64,000 nt of DNA from Pseudomonadota bacterium (GTDB taxonomy: Bacteria > Pseudomonadota > Gammaproteobacteria > Burkholderiales > Burkholderiaceae_C): the NCBI GenBank assembly GCA_041164825.1, contig JBEAOO010000002.1, forward strand, positions 7,082 through 71,081. The letters are read 5' to 3'. The notes under the pieces are model-generated. The model was not told the origin of the DNA. It made no database searches and worked only from the letters and a program-made list of their open reading frames with translations. This document shows, in pieces, positions 31,587 to 40,766 of the stretch. The position numbers were made by a program, and so were the translations under genes. Each line of letters starts with the position of its first letter. Position 1 is the first letter of the stretch.

Positions 31587-32162
31587 ATGAGCATCAAGAG
31601 CGACAAGTGGATCCGGCGCATGGCCGAGCAGACCGGCATGATTGAGCCGTTCGAGCCCGGCCAGGTGCGGCAAAACGCGGCCGGCGACAAGATCGTCAGC
31701 TACGGCACCAGCAGCTACGGCTACGACATCCGCTGCGCGCCCGAGTTCAAGGTCTTCACCAACATCCACAGCACCGTGGTGGACCCGAAGAACTTCGACG
31801 AGAACAGCTTTGTGGACATCAACAAGGATGTCTGCGTCATCCCGCCCAACAGTTTCGCGCTGGCGCGCACGATGGAGTACTTCCGCATCCCGCGCAATGT
31901 GCTGACCATTTGCCTGGGCAAGAGCACCTACGCCCGCTGCGGCATCATCGTCAACGTGACGCCCTTCGAGCCCGAGTGGGAAGGTTATGTGACGCTGGAG
32001 TTCAGCAACACCACGCCGCTGCCCGCCAAGATTTATGCGGGCGAGGGCTGCGCGCAGGTGCTGTTTTTTGAGAGCGACCCGGACGACGTCTGCGAGACCA
32101 GCTACAAAGACCGCGGCGGCAAGTACCAAGGCCAGCGCGGCGTGACCTTGCCCAAGACCTGA
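31587..32162 (+). CDS. dcd: dCTP deaminase
   Basis: [12 protein letters not shown]…SYGYDIR…[10 protein letters not shown]…[11 protein letters not shown]. The upstream part of the track ORF is rejected. Confidence 0.95.
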   Translation: MSIKSDKWIRRMAEQTGMIEPFEPGQVRQNAAGDKIVSYGTSSYGYDIRCAPEFKVFTNIHSTVVDPKNFDENSFVDINKDVCVIPPNSFALARTMEYFRIPRNVLTICLGKSTYARCGIIVNVTPFEPEWEGYVTLEFSNTTPLPAKIYAGEGCAQVLFFESDPDDVCETSYKDRGGKYQGQRGVTLPKT

Positions 32163-32215
32163 ACGGTGGCTGAGGCCGCCCCACACCACCACAACAACAC
32201 AGCAGGGAGAACGCC

Positions 32216-33103
32216 ATGAAATGGGAAGGCAACCGCCAGAGCGACAACGTGGAAGACGCCCGAGGTGGCGGCGGGGGTGGTTTGGGGGGCGGCTCGCGGC
32301 TCGGCGGCGGACGTGGTGTGGGCCTGGGCACGGTGGCGATTGCGCTGGTGGCGGGCTGGATTTTCGGCATCAACCCAATGACGGTGTTGAGCGTGCTGGG
32401 CGGGGTGGACGGCGGCAGCGCGCCTACCACGCAGGCGCCCGCTGGTGCGCCGCCCAAGAGCGATCCGCAAGCCGCGTTCGTCAGCACCGTGCTGGCCGAC
32501 ACCGAAGACGTGTGGCGCAAGCAGTTTCAGCAACTGGGTGGCAACTACACGGTGCCCAAGCTGCGGTTGTTCAGCGGCGCCGAGCCCACGGCCTGCGGTA
32601 CCGGCCAAGCGGCCATGGGCCCGTTTTATTGCCCGGGCGACCAGAAGGTCTACATCGACCTGAGCTTTTACGAGACCATGAAGAACCGCCTGGGTGCGCC
32701 CGGCGACTTCGCCCAGGCCTATGTGATTGCGCACGAGGTGGGCCACCACGTGCAGCACCTGATGGGCATCACCGACAAGGTCGACCGCCTGCGCGGCCAA
32801 GCCAGCGAGGCGCAGCAAAACGCGATGAGCGTGCGCTTGGAGCTGCAGGCCGATTGTTTCGCCGGCATCTGGGCCCACGACTCGCAGCAAAGCAAGGGCT
32901 GGCTGGAAAACGGCGACATCGAAGAGGCGCTGAACGCCGCCACGCAAATTGGCGACGACGCGCTGCAGCGCAAATCACAAGGCACGGTGGTGCCCGAGAG
33001 CTTCACCCACGGCAGCAGCGCGCAGCGGGTGCGCTGGTTCCAGCGCGGCTTGCAAACCGGCAGCGTGCAGCAGTGCAACACCTTCGAGACGCGGCAGCTG
33101 TGA
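32216..33103 (+). CDS. YpfJ-family putative neutral zinc metallopeptidase
   Basis: Gly-rich N-terminus + TM, then GPFYCPGDQKVYIDLSF and the HEVGHHVQ zinc motif. Confidence 0.85.
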   Translation: MKWEGNRQSDNVEDARGGGGGGLGGGSRLGGGRGVGLGTVAIALVAGWIFGINPMTVLSVLGGVDGGSAPTTQAPAGAPPKSDPQAAFVSTVLADTEDVWRKQFQQLGGNYTVPKLRLFSGAEPTACGTGQAAMGPFYCPGDQKVYIDLSFYETMKNRLGAPGDFAQAYVIAHEVGHHVQHLMGITDKVDRLRGQASEAQQNAMSVRLELQADCFAGIWAHDSQQSKGWLENGDIEEALNAATQIGDDALQRKSQGTVVPESFTHGSSAQRVRWFQRGLQTGSVQQCNTFETRQL

Positions 33104-33131
33104 TGTGCCGCACCGCGCGCCACACCGCGCC

Positions 33132-33539
33132 ATGAAACGCGCCCGGCTCGCCTCGGCGCCGCTGATCGAGGCCTGGTTCGACATGCTGGCCGGCGATGCC
33201 CGCCCGCACGCACGCCGCCTGCGCCAACTGGTGCAGGCGGCGGTGCCCGAGCTGGGCCTGAGCATCAAATGGGGCAACCTGCTGTTTGTGCTGCCCGACG
33301 GTCGCCACGCGCTGGCGCTGGCCGCGCAAAAGGCGCACCTGAACCTGCAGTGCTTCAGCGGCCACGCCTTGCAGGAGCGATTCCCGATGCTCGATGGCAA
33401 CGGCAAAGGCCTGCGCAGCCTGAAATGCCGCCACAGCCAACCTCTGGACGAGGCGCTGGTGACGGCGCTGACGCTGGCCTGCGTGCAAGCTGTGCGCGAC
33501 GACGCTGCGGCCGGCGCAGAGGCTGACGCCTCAGACTGA
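33132..33539 (+). CDS. DUF1801 (YdhG-like) domain protein
   Basis: 135 aa from ATG 33132. …IKWGNLLFVLPDG…HLNLQCF… pattern. Confidence 0.6.
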   Translation: MKRARLASAPLIEAWFDMLAGDARPHARRLRQLVQAAVPELGLSIKWGNLLFVLPDGRHALALAAQKAHLNLQCFSGHALQERFPMLDGNGKGLRSLKCRHSQPLDEALVTALTLACVQAVRDDAAAGAEADASD

Positions 33540-33568
33540 GGCCTCGGTCCACGGGCTGCGCCGCGCCT

Positions 33569-34714
33569 TCAATACGTGCCCGGCTGCAAGATGCCGCGGT
33601 CGACGTTGGTGAGTTGGGTGTGGCCACAAAAAGCCATCGTCACGTCCAGCTCTTTGTGGATGATCTGCAGCGCCTTGGTGACACCCGCTTCGCCCATCGC
33701 GCCCAGGCCGTAGACCATGGCGCGGCCAATCATCGTGCCGCGCGCACCCAGGGCCCAGGCCTTGAGCACGTCCTGGCCCGAGCGCACGCCGCCGTCCATC
33801 CACACCTCGATCTGCGCGCCCACAGCTTCCACAATCGGCGGCAGGGCCTTGATGCTGGACAGCGCACCATCGAGCTGGCGGCCGCCGTGGTTGCTGACCA
33901 CGATCGCATCGGCGCCGCTGGCCACGGCCAGGCGCGCGTCTTCCACGTCTTGAATGCCCTTCAAGATCAGCTTGCCGCCCCATTGCTGTTTGACCCAGGC
34001 CACATCGGCCCAGGACAGGCGCGGGTCGAATTGCTCATTGGTCCAGGCCGAGAGCGAGCGCATGTCGCTCACGCCTTCGACGTGGCCGACCAGGTTGCGG
34101 AAGGTGTGGCGTTGGGTGCCCAACATGCCCAGGCACCAACGTGGCTTGGTGGCCAGGTTGATGATGTTGCGCAGCGTGGGGCGGGGCGGGGCGGTGAGGC
34201 CGTTTTTCAGGTCTTTGTGGCGCTGGCCGATCACCTGCAAATCGAGTGTGAGCACCAGGGCGCTGCACTTGGCGGCGCGGGCGCGCTCAATCATCCGGCT
34301 CATGGCCTGGCGGTCGCGCATCATGTAGAGCTGGAACCAGAACGGCGCCGAGGTGTTCTCGGCGATGTCCTCGATCGAGCAGATGCTCATGGTCGAGAGC
34401 GTGAACGGGATGCCGAATTTCTCGGCCGCCTTGGCTGCCTTGATCTCGCCATCGGCGTGCTGCATGCCGGTCAGGCCCACCGGGGCGATGGCCACCGGCA
34501 TCTTCACCGCCTGGCCCACCATGGTGGTGGCGGTGCTGCGGTTTTCCATGTTCACGGCCACGCGTTGGCGCAGCTTGATGGTTTGGAAATCGGCCTCGTT
34601 GGCGCGGTAGGTGCTCTCGGTCCACGAGCCGGAATCGGCGTAGTCGTAGAACATGCGCGGCACGCGTTTCTCGGCCAGCACGCGCAGGTCTTCAATCTCG
34701 GTGATCACGGGCAT
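33569..34714 (-). CDS. FMN-dependent alpha-hydroxy acid dehydrogenase (L-lactate dehydrogenase LldD-like)
   Basis: 381 aa. FYDYADSGSWTE, FWFQLYMMRDR, VSNHGGRQLD motifs. Confidence 0.9.
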   Translation of the reverse strand: MPVITEIEDLRVLAEKRVPRMFYDYADSGSWTESTYRANEADFQTIKLRQRVAVNMENRSTATTMVGQAVKMPVAIAPVGLTGMQHADGEIKAAKAAEKFGIPFTLSTMSICSIEDIAENTSAPFWFQLYMMRDRQAMSRMIERARAAKCSALVLTLDLQVIGQRHKDLKNGLTAPPRPTLRNIINLATKPRWCLGMLGTQRHTFRNLVGHVEGVSDMRSLSAWTNEQFDPRLSWADVAWVKQQWGGKLILKGIQDVEDARLAVASGADAIVVSNHGGRQLDGALSSIKALPPIVEAVGAQIEVWMDGGVRSGQDVLKAWALGARGTMIGRAMVYGLGAMGEAGVTKALQIIHKELDVTMAFCGHTQLTNVDRGILQPGTY

Positions 34715-34887
34715 CGCTTGTCTCCAGCTTGTGGGTGTTCTTGAAAATCAGCGGCGATGCTAAATCGCGGCCTGCGGCAGCGGGCTGAAAAATTCTCAGG
34801 TGGCGGCTGAAATCCTGCCGCGCCTTCGGCCCTTGCTTGGCGCTTGCTCTGCCCTTGCTCGGCAGTTGCCGCGCGCGCAGGCCGGGC

Positions 34888-36138
34888 TCAAACCGTGCCC
34901 GACCCGTCGCCCAAGCCGCCGCCAGCGTCGCCAAACAGCGGCAGGTTCTCGCTCACGTGCAGCGCGCCGCCATGGCTGCCACCTTCGGGCCAGCGGCCGG
35001 TGAGCGGCGGCTGGGCGAGCTCGCTCACCGCCTGCAAGCCGCCCGCGCGCACGCCCAGGAGCCGCAAGCGCTGGCTCAGATCCACGCGCTTCAAGCACTG
35101 GCCGGCCGCGTGGCGGATGGTGGTGGCGTCGAGCGTGTGGGCGGGCAGGGTGAGGTCGCGGGTGACGATGCGGAAATCGTCGTAACGCAGCTTGATGCCG
35201 ATGGTGCGGGCGGCGTAGCCCTTGCGCACCAGATCGGCGGCCAGGCGCACGCACAGGTCGGTGAAGATGGGCGTGAGCCGGGCGCGGTCGCGCACAGGGT
35301 GCAGGTCGCGCTCGAGCGTGGTTTCGCGGCTGATGGAGCGCGGCTCGCTGTGGGTCACCACCGCCCGCTCATCGCGCCCGTGGGCGGCTGCGTGCAGCCA
35401 GGCGCCGTAGTTGCTCCCAAACGCTTGCTGCAGCATCAGGGGGTCGGCCGCGGCCAGCTCACCAATGGTGTGGATGCCGAGCGCGGTGAGCCGCTCGCTG
35501 GCCTTCGGGCCGATGCCGTTGATCTTGCGCGCCGCCAGTGGCCAGATGCGGGCGGGGATGTCGGCCGCCGTCAGCAGGGTGAGGCCATTGGGTTTGTCGA
35601 GATCGGAGCCTATTTTGGAGAGCAGCTTGTTGGGGCTGATGCCGACCGAGCAGGTCAGACCGGTGGCTTGGAACACCGCCGCCCGCAGCGCCGTGCCGAT
35701 GGCGCGCCCGCCATCGTCGGCCACGCCGGGCACCTCGCTGAGGTCGATGTAGATCTCATCAATGCCGCGGTCTTCCACGTGCGGCGTGAGCGCGCGCACG
35801 GCGGCTTTGAACAAGCGCGAGTGGTGGCGGTAGGACTCGAAATCGACCGGCAGCAGCACCGCATCAGGCGCGAGTGCGGCGGCTTTCATCATGCCCATGG
35901 CCGAGTGCACGCCCAGCGCGCGCGCCTCGTAGGTGGAGGTGGTGATGACGCCGCGGCCGGTGTAGTCGCGCAGTTGGGCGAAGCGGTGGCCGCCACCTGG
36001 CAGCAGCTCGGGCTGGTGGTCGCGGCTGCCGCCGATCACCACCGCTTGCCCGCGCAGCGCGGGGTAGCGCAGCAGCTCGACCGACGCGTAGAAGGCGTCC
36101 ATGTCGAGGTGGGCGATGAAGCGGGGTGGGGTGGGCAT
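34888..36138 (-). CDS. dinB: DNA polymerase IV (Y-family)
   Basis: FIAHLDMDAFYASVE catalytic N-terminus, SVGISPNKLLSKI. About 60-aa C-terminal extension containing a clamp-binding-like NLPLF. Perfect LexA box immediately upstream. Confidence 0.93.
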   Translation of the reverse strand: MPTPPRFIAHLDMDAFYASVELLRYPALRGQAVVIGGSRDHQPELLPGGGHRFAQLRDYTGRGVITTSTYEARALGVHSAMGMMKAAALAPDAVLLPVDFESYRHHSRLFKAAVRALTPHVEDRGIDEIYIDLSEVPGVADDGGRAIGTALRAAVFQATGLTCSVGISPNKLLSKIGSDLDKPNGLTLLTAADIPARIWPLAARKINGIGPKASERLTALGIHTIGELAAADPLMLQQAFGSNYGAWLHAAAHGRDERAVVTHSEPRSISRETTLERDLHPVRDRARLTPIFTDLCVRLAADLVRKGYAARTIGIKLRYDDFRIVTRDLTLPAHTLDATTIRHAAGQCLKRVDLSQRLRLLGVRAGGLQAVSELAQPPLTGRWPEGGSHGGALHVSENLPLFGDAGGGLGDGSGTV

Positions 36139-36140
36139 GG

Positions 36141-36156
36141 CTGTATGAATATACAG
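36141..36156. promoter_or_regulatory. LexA (SOS) box CTGT-N8-ACAG
   Basis: ctgtatgaatatacag. Palindromic, matches the beta/gammaproteobacterial consensus TACTGTATATATATACAGTA at nearly all core positions. Lies 2 nt from the dinB ATG. Confidence 0.85.
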
Positions 36157-36296
36157 CCTGCGGGCGACTCAACTTCACCGACGTGGGGCCTGCATTCACA
36201 GATCTTTACCGCCACGACAAGCCGGCTTCACCCTTGGCGCCGACCATGAAGTCCTGCTTGAGAAACAAGCTGCCTTTTTCACCCCAGGAGACTCTG

Positions 36297-36908
36297 ATGA
36301 CCGAATTGAACAACAAGCTGCCTCTCGTTGCTGGTGCCGCATCGGGCCGTTCCAACCGCGTACGCCGTTGGGCCGTGGGCCTGTCCTTGGCCGCCATGGC
36401 GGGTGCCGCGAGCTTGGCCGTGGCTGCGGGCGGCGAGCACGGCCGCGGTGGCGACATGGGTGGCTCCGGCATGATGCACGAGGCGCCCATGGGCGGCCGC
36501 GGGCTCGACCGCATGCTCGACAACGTCAAGGCCACCGACGCGCAGCGCACCCAGATCAAAAAGATCATGGAAACCGCGCAAAAGGACATGCAAGCCCAGC
36601 ACGAGGCCGGCCGTGCCAACCACGAGAAGATGCTGAGTCTGTTTGCCGCGCCCACCGTCGATGCCGCAGCCGTCGAAGCCGTGCGCCAACAAAGCGTGGC
36701 CCAGCACGATCAGGGCAGCAAGCGCATGACGCAAGCGCTGCTGGAGGCGAGCAAGGTGCTGACCCCCGCCCAGCGCACGCAACTGGTGGACGTCATGAAG
36801 CAACGCGGTGAGCACATGCGCGGTGGCGACGAGCACGGCGGCCGCCACGGTGGCGACGATCGTCGCTCGCCCGCAGGCTCGGCAGGTGCGGCTTCTCGCC
36901 CGCAGTGA
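36297..36908 (+). CDS. Spy/CpxP-family periplasmic protein with His/Met/Gly-rich termini
   Basis: ATG 36297 preceded by aggag. Signal peptide (…AMAGAASLAVAAGG), two LTxxQ-type repeats (ATDAQRTQIKKI, LTPAQRTQLVDV). Located directly upstream of an OmpR/HK pair. Confidence 0.75.
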   Translation: MTELNNKLPLVAGAASGRSNRVRRWAVGLSLAAMAGAASLAVAAGGEHGRGGDMGGSGMMHEAPMGGRGLDRMLDNVKATDAQRTQIKKIMETAQKDMQAQHEAGRANHEKMLSLFAAPTVDAAAVEAVRQQSVAQHDQGSKRMTQALLEASKVLTPAQRTQLVDVMKQRGEHMRGGDEHGGRHGGDDRRSPAGSAGAASRPQ

Positions 36909-37018
36909 CTCGCTCCAGCCCGGCTATGCTTGACCACATGGCCGGGCTGTTCCACCCGCATTGACCGCCTCCCCGTCCAGCTCACCCGGCTGGACGCGTT
37001 TGACACCCTCCGTTCGCC

Positions 37019-37732
37019 ATGACCACACGTTTGCTTTTGATCGACGATGACGTCCGCCTGTCCACCATGGTGGGCGACTACCTGCGGCAGGCGGGGTTCG
37101 ATGTCAGCACGGCGGGCTCGCTGGCGGCCGGCCGCGAGGTGTTGGCGGCGGGCGTGTTTGATGCGTTGCTGCTCGACCTGATGCTGCCCGATGGCGATGG
37201 CCTCGACCTGTGCCGCGAGTTGCGCGCCAACGCGCGCACCCGCGCGCTGCCGCTGCTGATGCTGACCGCGCGTGGCGAGCCGCTGGACCGCATCGTCGGG
37301 CTCGAACTTGGCGCCGACGACTACCTGCCCAAACCCTTTGAGCCGCGCGAGTTGCTGGCGCGGGTGAAGGCGCTGCTGCGCCGTGCCACGCCTCAGCCCG
37401 CGGGCAACGACGACGTGCTGCGTTTTGGCCGCCTGGAGATCGACCTCGGCGGCCGCCTGGCGCGCCTCGATGGCCAGCCGTGTGACCTCACCAGCCACCA
37501 GTTCGACCTGCTGGTGGTGCTGGCGCAAAGCGCGGGCCGCGTGCTCTCGCGCGACCAGATCATGGACGCGCTCAAGGGCCACCCGATGGAGGCGTTTGAC
37601 CGCTCCATCGACGTGCACATCTCGCGCATCCGTGCCGTGATCGAAACCGACCCGAAAGCCCCGCGCCGGGTGCTGACGGTGCGCGGCAGTGGTTACCTCT
37701 TTGCCCGCAAGCAAGACGCCGACGCGGAATGA
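37019..37732 (+). CDS. OmpR-family response regulator (CpxR-like)
   Basis: 237 aa. LLLIDDD, LLLDLMLPDGDG, DDYLPKPF, winged-helix C-terminus. Confidence 0.92.
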   Translation: MTTRLLLIDDDVRLSTMVGDYLRQAGFDVSTAGSLAAGREVLAAGVFDALLLDLMLPDGDGLDLCRELRANARTRALPLLMLTARGEPLDRIVGLELGADDYLPKPFEPRELLARVKALLRRATPQPAGNDDVLRFGRLEIDLGGRLARLDGQPCDLTSHQFDLLVVLAQSAGRVLSRDQIMDALKGHPMEAFDRSIDVHISRIRAVIETDPKAPRRVLTVRGSGYLFARKQDADAE

Positions 37733-39120
37733 AGGCGCTCTACCTGCGCATCTACGTCACCGTGGTGGCGGCGCTGCTGCTGTTTGCGGGCGTGTCGGCG
37801 GTGGTGTTTCAGCGCCATGTGGCGCAGGAGCGCGAGCAGTTTGAGAGCCGCATGGCCGAGCGCACGGTGGCCTGGGCCGAGTTGATTCAGCGCTCGCTGC
37901 CGGGCGACGATGCACCTGCCAACGAGCAAGCGCAGGCGCTGGAGGAGTGGTCGCACCGCTTGCGCTTGCCGATGGCGCTGGACGATGCGCAAGGCCATCG
38001 CATTGGTGCCTCCGAGATGTTTGAGGAGCGCGCGGGCGAGGGCCGGCAGCGCTTGTTTGAGGTGCGCTTTGACGACGGCCGCACGCTGTGGGTGATGCGT
38101 TTGCGCGGGCCTCGCCCCGGCGGGCCGGACGGCGCGTTTGGGCCCGATGGCCGACCCGGCCTGGGCCAGCCCGGCGGGCCACCGCCCTGGCTGCCTTTTG
38201 TGCTGCCGGCTTGGCAAGGTGGGGCCAGCTTGTTGGCCGTGCTGCTGGTGCTGTTTGTGGCCGTGGCGGCCGGCGCTTGGCCCGTGGTGCGCCGGCTCAC
38301 ACGGCGGCTCGAAGCGCTCAAGCGCGGCGTGGAAACCTTTGGCGCCGGGCAGTTGAGCCACCGCGTCGAGGTGTCGGGCAGCGACGAGGTGGCCGCGCTG
38401 GCCAGCAGCTTCAACCAGGCCGCGGGTCGCATTGAAGCCTTGCTGCGCGCGCACCAATCGTTGTTGGCCAACGCCAGCCACGAACTGCGCTCGCCGCTGG
38501 CGCGCATGAAGATGGCGCTGGCCATGATCGACGACGTGCCCGAGGCCCAGCGCCAGGCGCTCAAGGGCGAGATCGGTGTCAACATCCGCGAGCTCGACGC
38601 GCTGGTGGAAGAGGTGCTGCTGGCCAGCCGGCTCGACGCCATCGACAAGCTCGAACACCACGAATCGCTGGATTTGCTCTCGCTGGCGGCCGAAGAAGCC
38701 TCGCGCGTGGACGCCGAACTCGATGCCCATGGCGAGGCCCCCGCGGTGCTGGGCGATGAGCGCTTGGTGCGCCGCGCATTGCGCAACCTGCTGGAGAACG
38801 CGCGCCGCTATGGCGGCGACGAGGTCAGCGTGGAGCTGGTGCGTGAAAACGCCGGCGGCATCGAGCGCTTGGCCGTGCGCGTGTGCGACCGCGGGCCGGG
38901 CGTGCCAACCGACTTGCGCGAGCGCATTTTCGAGCCCTTCTACCGCCTGCCCGGCCACGCCGAAAAGGCCGGCGGGGTGGGCCTGGGGCTGAGCCTGGTG
39001 CGCCAGATTGCCGAGCGCCACGGCGGCAGCGTGCGCTGCGAGCCGCGCGAGGGCGGCGGCAGCTGCTTCGTGTTCAGCCTGCCCGTCGCCGCATCACCCA
39101 CCGCGACCACCAAGCCCTGA
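37729..39120 (+). CDS. HAMP-domain sensor histidine kinase (CpxA-like)
   Basis: ATGA overlap with the regulator gene. 2 TM + HAMP, H-box SHELRSPLA, NARRYG, DRGPGV, GVGLGLSL. Confidence 0.9.
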   Translation: MKALYLRIYVTVVAALLLFAGVSAVVFQRHVAQEREQFESRMAERTVAWAELIQRSLPGDDAPANEQAQALEEWSHRLRLPMALDDAQGHRIGASEMFEERAGEGRQRLFEVRFDDGRTLWVMRLRGPRPGGPDGAFGPDGRPGLGQPGGPPPWLPFVLPAWQGGASLLAVLLVLFVAVAAGAWPVVRRLTRRLEALKRGVETFGAGQLSHRVEVSGSDEVAALASSFNQAAGRIEALLRAHQSLLANASHELRSPLARMKMALAMIDDVPEAQRQALKGEIGVNIRELDALVEEVLLASRLDAIDKLEHHESLDLLSLAAEEASRVDAELDAHGEAPAVLGDERLVRRALRNLLENARRYGGDEVSVELVRENAGGIERLAVRVCDRGPGVPTDLRERIFEPFYRLPGHAEKAGGVGLGLSLVRQIAERHGGSVRCEPREGGGSCFVFSLPVAASPTATTKP

Positions 39121-39997
39121 GGCCTTTGCGCGGCCGGCCCGCCGGGGCCAACACCACCAAAGCGGTGGCGGCTTCGGCGGCGCGGCGAGCGGCCGGGGCA
39201 TCGACCAGTTCGTCGGCGACGATCACCGGCGTGTCCTGGGCCGTGTCCTGGGCCGTGTCCGAGGCCGGAGCCGCAGGCTCGGCGGCAGTTTGTTCCGCTT
39301 CGGCCATCTCGGCTGCGGGGGGCACGGCCTGCATGGCCGCGGTGTCCAGTGCGGGCGTTTCGGCTGTGATGGCGGGCACAGCCACAGCCATCCACGCGAC
39401 GGGGTCGGCGGCCAGTTCTTCCGAGGGCACGTCCTGGGCCGGCGACGCAGCAACGGGTGTGACCGCCAGCGCCTCGACAACGTTGTGGATTTCTGGGGGC
39501 TGCGCCAGCGCTGCAGCCTCGACGGCTTCTGCGGGCGGTGCCGCCACGGCGGGGGCGGTGGTCGCGCTGGCGGCCACAGTCGCCACGGCCACCCCTTCAC
39601 GCGCCCGCTCCGCATAGCGGTTGAAGCGCCATGCCGTGCCGTCGAGCGTGATGCGGCGCCAGGTGGCGCGCTTCTCGCCCGGGCTCATCACGGGCCAGTG
39701 CTGCACCTCGTCAAAACTGCGGCCGCAGCCTTTGCACCAGTCGTCGCCTTGGCTGGTGGAGCAAATCGCGATGCACGGCGCGTCGGGTGTGGTGTCATAC
39801 CAGCCCAGCCAGGCATCGTGTGCTTTGGCGGGCATGCTGCGCTCGTCGCACTCGGGCTCATGGTGATAGACCATCAGGGCGTACACCTCGGCCAGCGCGC
39901 GCACCTCGGCACAGGCCGAGATGTTGTCGGGCGACGGGCTGCGCTCGCGCCACCAGTTGATGGCGGCTTCGATGTCGGTGATGTGGATGCCGGCCAT
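39074..39997 (-). CDS. DUF3717 + DUF1289 (Cys-rich, putative Fe-S) fusion protein with long Ala/Pro-rich tail
   Basis: ATG 39995-39997 (MAGIHITDIEAAINWW…). CIAICSTSQGDDWCKGCGRSFDEVQHW is the DUF1289-type motif. The last ~180 aa are low complexity. The 3' end overlaps the convergent kinase gene by 47 nt. Confidence 0.6.
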   Translation of the reverse strand: MAGIHITDIEAAINWWRERSPSPDNISACAEVRALAEVYALMVYHHEPECDERSMPAKAHDAWLGWYDTTPDAPCIAICSTSQGDDWCKGCGRSFDEVQHWPVMSPGEKRATWRRITLDGTAWRFNRYAERAREGVAVATVAASATTAPAVAAPPAEAVEAAALAQPPEIHNVVEALAVTPVAASPAQDVPSEELAADPVAWMAVAVPAITAETPALDTAAMQAVPPAAEMAEAEQTAAEPAAPASDTAQDTAQDTPVIVADELVDAPAARRAAEAATALVVLAPAGRPRKGLRAWWSRWVMRRRAG

Positions 39998-40094
39998 GGG
40001 GATCAAAAAGCGAAAGGGGCGCAAGGATAGCCGCTTCGCCGTCTCCCTGTCGGAATCACGGTGGCTGAGGGTTGCCCCTTACACTCCGCCCGCC

Positions 40095-40718
40095 ATGAAG
40101 AACATCGTCATCTTGATTTCCGGTCGGGGCTCCAACATGGAAGCCATCGTTCAAGCCTGTGCCAACGAGGGCTGGAACGCGCGCATCGCCGCCGTGCTGA
40201 GCAACCGCCCTGGCGCGGCGGGTTTGGCGTTTGCCCAAGCGCGCGGCATGGCCACCGGCGTGGTCGACCACAAAGCGCACGCCGACCGCGAGGCCTTTGA
40301 CAAAGCGATGGCCGCGGCCATCGACGCGCACCAGCCCGACCTGGTGGTGCTGGCCGGCTTCATGCGCATCTTGACGCCGGGTTTTGTGGCGCGCTACGCC
40401 GGCCGCCTGCTCAACATTCACCCCTCGCTGCTGCCGGCTTTTCCGGGCCTGCACACGCACCAGCGCGCCATCGACACGGGCTGCAAGCTGGCCGGCGCCA
40501 CCGTGCACTTGGTGACCGCCGAACTCGACCACGGCCCGATCGTGGCGCAGGCGGTGGTGCCGGTGCGCCCGGGCGACACTGAGGCCACGTTGTCGGCACG
40601 CGTGCTGGCGCGCGAGCACGTGATGTACCCGCGCGCCGTGCGCTGGTTTGTCGACGGCCTGCTGCGTGTGGACGCCAGCGGCGTGACGCACACGCGCGGC
40701 GAGCCACAGTTGCTCTGA
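40095..40718 (+). CDS. purN: Phosphoribosylglycinamide formyltransferase
   Basis: ILISGRGSNMEAI, NIHPSLLPAFPG, HLVTAELDHGPI motifs. Confidence 0.95.
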   Translation: MKNIVILISGRGSNMEAIVQACANEGWNARIAAVLSNRPGAAGLAFAQARGMATGVVDHKAHADREAFDKAMAAAIDAHQPDLVVLAGFMRILTPGFVARYAGRLLNIHPSLLPAFPGLHTHQRAIDTGCKLAGATVHLVTAELDHGPIVAQAVVPVRPGDTEATLSARVLAREHVMYPRAVRWFVDGLLRVDASGVTHTRGEPQLL

Positions 40719-40766
40719 ACGGCTGAGCGCCACCGCTGCGGCCCGAGCGGGTCGCAGCGCCGGGCC

